NCBI RefSeq assembly: GCF_006345805.1
Contig: NC_043006.1
Coordinates: 67,642,001 to 67,706,000 of the forward strand
DNA length: 64,000 nt
Reading direction: 5' to 3'
Source of the DNA: Octopus sinensis
Taxonomy: Eukaryota
The translations under genes were made by a program, and so were the position numbers. The notes beneath the pieces are model-generated. The model had not been told where the DNA came from, searched no databases, and was given only the letters and a program-made list of their open reading frames with translations. Shown piece after piece: positions 26,608-37,057 of this stretch. Position 1 is the first letter of the stretch; each line of letters opens with the position of its first letter.

Positions 26608-27886
26608 TATATATATATATATATGGGTGCAAGTGTGGCAGTGTGGTAAGTAGCTTGCTTACCAACCACATGGTTCCGGTTTCAGTCCCACTGCACGGCA
26701 CCTTGAGCAAGTGTCTTCTATTATAGCCTCAGGCTGACCAAAACCTTGTGAGTGGACTTGGTAGACAGAAACTAAAAGAAGCCTGTCGTTTATGTATATA
26801 TGTATATGTCTGTGTGTCTGTGTTTGTCCCTCCATCATAACTTGACAACCCCATAACTTAGTGGTTCAGCAAAAGAGATAGGATAAGTACTAGGCTTACA
26901 AAGAATAAGTCCTAGTATTGATTTGTTCAACTAAAGGCGGTGCTCCAGCATGACCACAGTCAAATGACAGAAACATAAAGAATAAAAGAATGTAAGCATA
27001 TATGTGTGTGTTTATGCAAGTATGTATTTGTATATGTCTATACATATATGCTTTTATGTGCATGTGTATATGCGTATGTATGTATTTGTGTGTATATATG
27101 TGATATAGCTTCATTTCACAACTATTTTCCATGCATAAGTTGGATGGGTCATCATGGTCTGTGCCACTTCTTATTAGGAGAAACATACACATACACACAC
27201 AAATATGTATGTGTGTGTTTGTGTGTGCAGACCTGCTCAGCTAAATGGGAACAAATGAGTATATAAAAACAGAAATGTGTTAGACATAGCATGATGTCGA
27301 GTATATTTCTATAAGATGTAGCACACTTGCCACTGTCATTGTAAGCATTCCAGCAGACCTTGGTGAGAAGGAGCAGGTGCCAAGTTGCTAGCTATCTCAA
27401 TGCAGAAATTCCAGGTTTGAAAGCTAGGAATTGGTTAATCCACAAGCATTCTAAAAATATCTATATATATATATATAAAACACCAAGTCACATGTTTTGT
27501 TTTTTTAAATGTTTCATGTCGAGCTATAGAAGAGAAAGCAGTGATTGTGCTGAGAGAGGTGGAAGAAAGAGAAAGTGTTATAAAGAGAGATAAGTTAAAA
27601 AGATAAATGGATAAGATTGAGTGAGAGAGAGAGAGACAGAGAGAGAGCAGTCGACCAACGAATGAGATAGGTGGTCAAGAGTGGCTGGCAACAATGAAGC
27701 CCAAGAAGAAAATAGAGAGCACAGTTTGAAATGGGAAGATAGAAAATGAGGCAGAAATGAAGCCAGTCCTTCTTGATGGCTATGATACTGGAATACACCA
27801 CACTCAAACATATATTTTGAACAAAAACACACACACACACTCTCTCTCACACACACACAAACAGACATTTAATTGGCAGAAAGTTT

Positions 27887-27917
<31 letters not shown>

Positions 27918-28257
27918 CCTCATAATCGTTTAACGGCCGCTTCCATGTTAGCATGGGTTGGACAGTTTGACTGAGGACTGGCAAGCCAGATGGCTCCTAT
28001 CTGATCTGGCAGAGTTTCTACAGCTGGATGCCCTTCCTAATGCCAACCACTACAAGAGTATAGTGGATGCTTTTTACGTGCCACCAGCACAAGGGCCAGT
28101 CAGGTGGTACTGGCAAATTGTCCATTAGCTTCACGCTTTCAAAAACATGTATATAGATGTTTCTGTGTGTGTTTGCATATGTGTATATATGTACATGTGT
28201 AGATATCTATATGTGTGTATGTTTATGTGGATAAATGTATATATTTAAATATCTGTT

Positions 28258-28490
28258 TCATCTGCTTCTTTACTACCCACAAGGGGCTAAACACAGAGAG
28301 GACAAACAAGGACAGACAAACGGATTAAGCCGATTACATCGACCCCAGTGCGTAACTGGTACTTAATTTATCGACCCCGAAAGGATGAAAGGCAAAGTTG
28401 ACCTCGGTGGAATTAGAACTCAGAACGTAACAACAGACAAAATACCTCTAAGCATTTAGCCCGGAGGGCTACCGTTTCTGCCAGCTCGCA
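28258..28490 (-). mobile_element. SINE family B; similar copies at 47388-47625 and 63296-63520
   Basis: TTTACTACCCACAAGGGGCTAAACACAGAG...GAACTCAGAACGTA...GCCAGCTCGC, near-identical among the three copies. Confidence 0.88.
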
Positions 28491-29804
28491 CAGATATAGG
28501 TACATCTGTGTGTGTGTTTGTGTGTATATACATCGTCAGCATCACCATTTCATGTTGGCATGGATTGGATGGTCTGACCAGAGCTTGCAAGCAGGAGAGC
28601 TGCACCCGCTTCCAGTCTGATTTGGCTTGTTTCTCTGGCTGACTGCCCTTCCGAATGCCAAAATATACATGTATGTATACTACATAAGTGCAGATGTGTT
28701 TGTGTATATATGTGTATGTCAAGTTAGATGTATTTAAGATGTGGAGATCTCTTCAGCTCCTTTATCAATCACCTACATTCTCATACCAGTCCAGTTGTCT
28801 TTGTCTTGCCACCGGGCATATTATTTGAGAATGAGGAAATGAGTCATATGTTCAGACTGCGCTTTCTCACTTTAAAATATAAACTTGCACTAGTCTAGCA
28901 TCTATGTCTAAAAAGTAAGACGGTGACACACAAATGAAAGACCTCAATTAGTCTTGTCTTAGTGGTTGCAGTATTACACACATCTGCAAAAATATATTAC
29001 TTCTACTGCCATAGTTTCAGGCTAATGGAAGGTGTAGTATAAGGCAGGAACTGTCACAGTGTGCTCTCCCTTAACCAAATTTGCCTGTCTCACCAGTTTC
29101 AAATACTGTAAAGTCAGGCAGTCATGGCTTTCGTCGATTATTGATGATGGAAAATTTGTAAAGCTTAGATGGCAATCTTTTCACTGCTGCAGCTGTGGGG
29201 ATGTCACACATTTGTGTCAATGAAATGCTGTTATTTTCCATAGCTTCAGGTGCATGGAAGATGTAGTGTGGACATGAATGGTTGTGATTGTGATGCTTGG
29301 GTCCCCTGCGTACCTGGTTTCTTTACTTCTTCCTTGCTTCCATGAATTGCTGGGTCATTGGAAAATTTGATGGATGAACAATCATGAGCGTATGTATGTG
29401 TGTGTCTATGTACGGATAGGTATGTATATATAGGCTTGAAACATCAAGGACTCTTAAATTTTTCCTGAGTGTCAAACTAATACGTCTTGTTTGTTGCTCC
29501 CTCACATGTCTCTGCCTTTTTTTGTTTGTTTTTTTTTTGTACAATATTAAACCATGTATGTATATAGCTACATGTGTATAGGTATACATACACATATAAA
29601 CATGTACGTGCTCTTGCTGAAGTTCTTCAGACATGCTGTTCTGTGTGTATGTGTATACACACGCAGTTTATATATATATATTATAATAATAGGTGTGCGT
29701 ATATGAATGCAAAAAACTGTGGGTGTGTGTGTGTGTGTATATATTCAAGCATTTTAATGAAATTTGACACTATATTGTTTACATGATATATACATGTGTG
29801 TGTG

Positions 29805-29859
<55 letters not shown>

Positions 29860-30249
29860 TGTATTTATTTACTTTGTTGCCTAAACAAAAAACAGGTATA
29901 TATACACATGTTTGTGTGTGAGTGAGTGAATGTATATTTGTTTTTGTATGTTGGTTAATACTTACAGTATGTTGATCTCCCTACCATCCACCCAGGATGT
30001 TGTCAGCTTCCACCCTCGCCAATTATTTCCTACCCATTGCCTAGGCATTTTTATCAACACCCAAAAATAACATAAGTTTCTGCTGGGTTCCTCCAACATG
30101 ATCTTCATGACACATAAATTTTCTCTCTCTCTCTCTCTCTCTCTCTCTTCCTCCCTCTCTCTTTCTCACACACACCTACTCCCACCCTTATTCAAACACA
30201 CTCGCATATTCTTTCTATTTCTTTCTCTCAAACACTCATACACACCATC

Positions 30250-30750
30250 AAACCCGCATGCACTCCATCATGGACACACACACACACGCGCTCCATCAAG
30301 CACACACACTCCGTCATACATGCACACACACACACACTCTGTCACGCACACACACACACACTCTCCGTCATACACACTGTGTCATGCACATACACACACT
30401 GTCATGCACACACACACACTCTGTCATGCACACACACACACTCTGTCATGCACACACACACACTGTCATGCACACACACACAAACACACTGTCATGCACA
30501 CACACACACACACTGTCATGCACACACACTCCATCATACACGCACACACGCTCCATCATACATGCACACATGCTCTCCATCTTACATGCACACACGCTCT
30601 CCCTCATACATGCACACACGCTCTCCATCATACATGCACACATGCTCTCCATCATACACACACACATGCTCTGCATCATACATGCACACACGCTCTCCAT
30701 CATACACACACACACACTCTGCATCATACATGCACGCACGCTCTTCATCA
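30250..30750. repeat. Compound CA-rich minisatellite (CTGTCATGCACACACACA then CTCTCCATCATACATGCACACACG units)
   Basis: Directly visible. It explains the His/Thr-rich ORFs in all three frames. Confidence 0.9.
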
Positions 30751-31126
30751 TGCTGTCTCTGAGCAATCTTTCTGGCTTAAATAATCTCTTATTATAAAAG
30801 GCAGATTTTATCTGCCTCCCTTTGTCAGTTATAGAAATCTACAATATAGGATTTCTTCAATTACAATTTACCTAGCATTTTTAAGAGTAGAATGCATCGG
30901 GTTTTGCCAGGTCCATGTATATATAATAGAGAGAGAGCATTTACTGAGGTTAACTTTGCCTTTCATTCTCTCAGGATCAATAAAATAAAGTATTAGTCAT
31001 GTACTTGGGTCAGTTTAATTAACACTCTCCCACCTCAGATCGCTAAACTTGTGCCTAAATTACAAACTATTACTATAATTTTACCAAGATCAAAATTATG
31101 ATCTTTGCTTTTCGCTCTGTGGTGTT

Positions 31127-31158
<32 letters not shown>

Positions 31159-32399
31159 TGGGCACTAATTTAAAATTTTGTTTATTTATTTTGGTTTCAG
31201 TTTGTAGATTGCTGATATTGTCTTTCGTTCTATTTTCATCTTATACTACTTTAGCATCTGTATCCACGTCTCCCATTAATTTGTGACCTTGTACTAATGT
31301 AAGAAACGCTGCTTCCTCATTCAGAGCCAATCAGCTGGAATTGGAATGAATGATTCCCTGAGTATGCGATGGTTTCTAGTGCATCATCTGAAAGTATGTT
31401 TAGTTGGGTGGGTTTGGAGGGTGATATGATCTCAGTCAGGATGAACAACTATGCCGATGGGGGATGGAGCAGGAGAACAGACGCAGAAAACATACATTAA
31501 TTAGGGTTAGTTAACCAAGATTTAGGATAAAAGAATGTTAATGAACTTCCTTGGCATTAAGATGCACCAAGGCATTGTGTGTGTGTGCGTGTATATATAT
31601 ATATATGGGTCAAACAACTGTGTGTTCACATATTTGTGTGTATATACATGTATATATTTGTGTATTTACACACACTGAACCAAGTGAAGTTGTGGCCAAT
31701 GCCAGTGGCACATAACATTCACCATTCAAGTGTCAAGTGTAGCCAATGCCAACTGGCACACGTATTGGTGGCACGTAAAAAGCACCATTTGAGCATGGCC
31801 GATGCCAGTACCACCAGACCTGCTCCCATACCAGTGGCACATAAAAGCACCCACTACATTCTCGGAGTGGTTGGCATCAGGAAGGGCATCCTGCTGTAGG
31901 AGCCTTGCCAAATCAGACTGGAGCCTGGTGCAGCCTCCTGGTTTGCTAGTCCTCAGTCAAACCATTCAACCCACACCAGCATGGAAAGCGGACATTAAAC
32001 GACGACAATGATGATATATATATATGTATATATACATAGATATATATACATATATATATATACACGCGCGCGCGTGCACATACACACATATATATGTGGA
32101 TTTGTTAGATGGAATCTGGAAAAAGCACATCATGTGTTTGATGTGTGTATGCCTATTTGGAGCAGGAGCGATAAGTTGATTCTGTCACTTCCAGTACTTA
32201 ACTGGTCCCTTATTTGATCAACCCCAGAAAGATTAAATGCAAAGTTGACCTCAGTAACTGGACTGCAAAGAGCCAGAAGAAACATTGCAAAACCCTTTCT
32301 CCAGTGCTCTTGTGGTTCTGCCAGGAACAGGTACACACACAAATCAGATGAGAAGAAAAAACAATTATAGTATATACAGGATATAAATGAATGGTAGTG

Positions 32400-32520
32400 C
32401 CCTCAGAGGAGGACAACTGCCTTGGAGCAACTGAGAAGCTCCACAAATTTCTTCCACCTATAGTTACATGCTGTGTAGTGGCCCTTTCACTCAAACCATA
32501 CTCAACAATCTTGCCTGCTT
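32400..32520 (-). pseudogene. Short decayed RTE RT fragment
   Basis: With one frameshift it reads IGWKKFVELL, matching IAWAKFRELL of the element at 38398-38430. Confidence 0.45.
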
Positions 32521-33006
32521 GAAAACCAATTTACAGGAGAATAAAGTTAAGGGGTTAACCAGAGAACAAAGTGACTGTACTCAAAGTGAAATGTCTGTGT
32601 GGCTTATTAACGCACTTCTCGAAATCTGGTCTTAGTATTCAAGATATGTATGGTGTGTGTACGGCTGATAATGTTTGTACACATGCACACACACACACAT
32701 TATAAAATTAAGCTGACCAACCAACTGGTACAATCTCAGTACACCATTACTACAAGACAGAGCAAGTGGAAACAAGTTTTGAGATGTTACTATGAACAGC
32801 CCCCCTCCTTCACTTCTCTTTCAGATTATTGGAATAATAGGGTTTCCTTGGTGTTAGTGGTGGATGGTAATAGAATATTGTCCTCTTAACAGCAGTTTAT
32901 AAATGAAACTGTAAATACAATCCTAACAAATGAGTATTTTCATGTTGTTGCTAGTTACAAGGACAGAAATGCATGGAGGATACTAATAGTATTATTATCA
33001 TCATCA

Positions 33007-33620
33007 TTTAGGCAGCAAGCTGGGAGAATCGTTAGAATGCTGGACGAAATGCTTAGCGGTATCTTGCCTATCACTATGTTCTGAGTTCGAATTCCACTGA
33101 GGTCGACTTTGCCTTTCATCCTTTTGGAGCCAATAAATTAAGTACCTGTTGCGTATTGGGGTCGATGTAATCAACTGGACCCTTCCCCTTGTACCTAGAG
33201 TAGAAAAGATTATTAATATTAAGGCAGCAAGCTGGCACAGTTGTTAGCATGCTGGACAAAAAGCTTAGCGGTATTTCACCCGCCACTGTGTTCTGAGTTC
33301 AAATTCCGCCAAGATCGACTTTGTCTTTCATCCTTTCACAGCTCGATAAATTAAGTGTCAGTTATGCACCAGGGTCGATGTAGTTGACTGGTACCCTCCC
33401 TCAAAATTTCAGTCCTTGCGCCTGTAGTAGAAAGAATTATTATTACTACTAAGGTGGTGAGATGCCCAAAATGCTTAGCAGCATTTCATTCATCTTTAGA
33501 TTCTGTGTTCAAATTCTACCCAGCTCTTTGCCTTTATCCCTGAGGGATTGTTAAAAGTAAAGTACCAGTCAAATTTCAGGGTCAATGGTATTGACAAATT
33601 ACCCTCCCCCAATCTAAAAA
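33007..33620 (+). mobile_element. Three head-to-tail SINE copies (family B)
   Basis: AAGGCAGCAAGCTGG heads follow directly on AGTAGAAA.GATTATT tails. Confidence 0.85.
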
Positions 33621-34015
33621 CAAGCATACAGATCTGCTACTACTGCGACTACTGCTTCCACTTAGTGACACCTTGGACAACTCAAAATTATGTGGTTGGT
33701 AAGCTAATGGCTTACCACACAACCAGGCTTGTGCCTACATGTGTGTGTGTGTATGGAAAAAAAAGGTCAAGATAGAAAATGCTAAAATAATTTTATAAAA
33801 AATCATTTCAGCAGGGGTTTCAGTCATTGAGACTTTATCAACTGTAAGTATGGAAAACAATTAAATTTTAGAAAAACTAAAAGTAAAGTTTTTTTAAAAG
33901 AATATTTTCATAGTGTTCAAATACAAGTGGCATTTTCCTTGTTTCTGCCTGTCTCTGTCTCACTTGTTTACTCTTGTGGGTTTGAGGTCGTTGTGTGTGT
34001 GTGTGTGTATATATA

Positions 34016-34614
34016 TCATCATCATCATCGTTTAACGACCGTTCTCCATGCTAGCATGGGTTGGACGGTTCGACCGGGGATCTGGGAAGCCAGAAGGCTG
34101 CACCAGGCTCCGGTCTTATCTGGCAATGTTTTTACAGCTGGATGCCCTTCCTAACGCCAACCACTTCGTGAGTGTAGTGGGTGCTTTTTACGTGCCACCT
34201 GCACTGGTGCCAGGCGAGGCTGGCATCGGCTACGGTCGGATTGGTGCATTTTACGTGCCACCTGCACGGAAGCCAGTCGAGGCGGCGCTGGCATCGGCCA
34301 TGATTCGGATGGTGCTTTTTACGTATCTCCAGTCCAGGGGTCCTGGCATCTGCCGGGTGCCAGTCATAGGATTGGTTCAATTTCGATTTCACTTGCCCCA
34401 ACAGGTCTTCGCAAGCAAAGGGAGGTTGGCATAGGTGCCTGTCATCGGATGAGGTTCGATATCGACTTCGCTTGCCTCAACAGGTCTTTGTGTGTCCAAG
34501 GGAGGAAAGGCATGCATAAGTGGGCTGGACTCACTTGTCCTGCCTGGTCTTTTCACGCACAGCATATTTCCAAAGGTCTCAGTCGCTGGTCATTTCCTCA
34601 GTGAGACCTAAAGT
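34016..34614 (-). mobile_element. 5'-truncated RTE LINE (last codons of ORF, 3' UTR, (GAT)n tail)
   Basis: Reverse complement of 38819-39606, lacking the 205-bp internal duplication. Confidence 0.93.
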
Positions 34615-34735
34615 AGACTATATATTAGTCATATATATATAATTAATAATATCAAAGGGTAATCAGAAATATTAGAAATTTCCATTATCAGTGGCCTAGC
34701 GTGTAAAACTTTAGTCAGTAGAATATATATTAGTC

Positions 34736-35005
34736 ATATAAATACAGTGTACATTTAAACACATAAGAGGCATCCATCATAGGACTCCTTGCACGCTAGA
34801 GAGAACAGTTAAATTCCAAACCACTATTAGGGATAAAATTTTTAAGGGAATGAAAAATAAAAGTTAGATGGTAAATGTTTTTATTTTTCATTCCTTTCGA
34901 AATTTTATCCCTAATTGTGGTTTGGAATTTAACTGTTCTCTCTAGCGTGCAAGGAGTCCTATGATGGATGCCTCTTATGTGTTTAAATGTACACTGTATT
35001 TATAT
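34736..35005. repeat. Near-perfect ~125-bp-arm hairpin with 16-nt loop
   Basis: 34736-34862 vs 34879-35005; about 4 mismatches, all near the loop. Confidence 0.95.
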
Positions 35006-35342
35006 ATATATATAGTGGCTGTGTGGTAAGTAGCTTGCTTACCAACCACATAGTCCCGGGTTCAGTCCCAATGCGTGACACCTTGGGCAAGTGACTTCTA
35101 CTATAGCCACAGCTCTGACCAAAACCTTCTCAGTGGATTTGGTAGACAGAAACTGAAAGAAGCCCGTTATATATATGTATATGTTTGTGTGTCTGTGTTT
35201 GTCCTGCCACCATTGCTTGATAACTGATGTTGGTGTGTTTACATACCTATAACTTCACAGTTCGGCAAAAGAGACTGTTAGAATAAGTATTAGGCTTACA
35301 AAGAGCAAGTCCTGGGATCGATTTGTTCCACTAAAGGCGATG

Positions 35343-35722
35343 CTTACATTGATTCCAACTCTCACCTGGAACTTACATTGACCCCCAACTCTCACCTGGA
35401 ACTTACATTGACCCCCAACTCTCACCTGGAACTTACATTGACCCCCAACTCTCACCTGGAACTTACATTGACCCCCAACTCTCACCTGGAACTTACATTG
35501 ACCCCCACTCTCACCTGGAACTTACATTGACCCCCAACTCTCACCTGGAACTTACATTGACCCCAACTCTCACCTGGAACTTACATTGACCCCATCTCTT
35601 ACCTGGAACTTACATTGACCCCAGCTCTCACCTGGAACTTACATTAATCTCAACCCAGCTCACAACTTACATTGACTTCCACCAGCTCTCACCTGGAACT
35701 TACATTGATCCCCAGTACTCAG
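35343..35722. repeat. 30-bp minisatellite, about 12-13 copies (CTTACATTGACCCCCAACTCTCACCTGGAA)
   Basis: Directly visible. The last unit runs into a SINE-B body. Confidence 0.97.
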
Positions 35723-36906
35723 CTGGTACTTACTTTAAAGATTTCATTTTATCAATCCCAAAAGGATGAAAAGCACAGTTGGCCTCAGCAGAATTTGAAC
35801 TCAGAATGTAAAACCGAAAGAAATGCTACTAAGCATTTTGTCCTACATACTAACGACTAAACTGCGACGCATTTGTTGATGAAGGTGTGGTGCACATAAT
35901 TGGTGGGATTGTAAAACCTTGTGGAACGTCGTAATGGAGGTTATTCCAGTGCTCATTGTCCTCATTTTCTAGAATGATAGATTGTGGTTTGTGGAAGATT
36001 TGGCTCTTGTTTCTTGTAGGTCAAGCAAGCATATAAATACTTCATTATGTGGGAGTGTATTATAATAATGGTTGTATGGTTATTTTGAAGTGTGCTTGAT
36101 TGTGTGTGTATGTGTGTTTTTCTTTCCTATTGTGCTGTTAGTGTTTATGTGCATGAGTGTATGTGCATGCGATATATAGTTTTGTCATTCACTTACATGT
36201 CGCAAAACAAACATGCAGTATCATAGAATCAACCTACACATTTTAAAATAAATATACACATTTTGTGTATATAACTATTTCACTTGTCTGGTGGTATTTT
36301 GCATTGAATTCAACTACAGTGATTTTCTAGCATTTCCTCACTAACTCTATATAACCTGTATAACAAGTACTACACACATTTAGTAGAACAACAATATATA
36401 ACAAATATTCTGCAATGACATACGCACACAGTAACACAGCAATGTATCAAACCCTATAATCTCTTTCTGTTTCATGTGCATACGTGTGATCGCATGCATA
36501 CATGCACACAAAAGAAAGACCCAGGAATAGTTATTTCATTAAGATGTTTGCTTTGGAACCATGTGGTTTTTGGTTCAGTCCTACTGTGTGGCATCTTAAG
36601 CAAGTGGCTTTTACCATAGTATTATTACTCCAGGCCAAACAATGCCCTTGTGATGGAATTTGGCAGATGGAAACTGAAAATTTGTCTGTCTGTCTGCGTG
36701 TGCACATGCACACACACACGCGGGTGAGCATGTAAGTGCAAAGCAAAGTGGAAGAAATAGTACTTGAATACCAAAGGTAGAGTAATATGCTTTTTATTAA
36801 AGCTGCAAAATTACCCCTGAACTCTTAGTTTCACATCCCCATGTGAATAATACTCTATACATATATGATGAATACTTTATATATACATACATACATATAT
36901 ATATAT

Positions 36907-37057
36907 ATGGTGTGTAATATTCCCTACGATTTATATTCATTCTCGCTAGATGGTGTGTAATATTCCCTACGATTTATATTCATTCTCGCTAGATGGTGTG
37001 TAATATTCCCTACGATTTATATTCATTCTCGCTAGATGGTGTGTAATATTCCCTACG
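36907..37057. repeat. 43-bp unit x3.5 (ATGGTGTGTAATATTCCCTACGATTTATATTCATTCTCGCTAG)
   Basis: Identical copies start at 36907, 36950, 36993 and 37036 (partial). Confidence 0.97.

Noticed and set aside
28740-29320. Higher-complexity stretch that might be an exon or old element
   Set aside because: No sustained ORF, convincing splice pair or recognisable motif.
30098-30797. 228-aa and 179-aa His/Thr-rich ORFs
   Set aside because: They are translations of a CA-rich minisatellite and are open in several frames, with no splice or codon evidence.
36907-37057. CRISPR-like appearance of 43-bp, 30-bp and 26-bp repeats
   Set aside because: The units are contiguous with no unique spacers; eukaryotic context; no cas genes.
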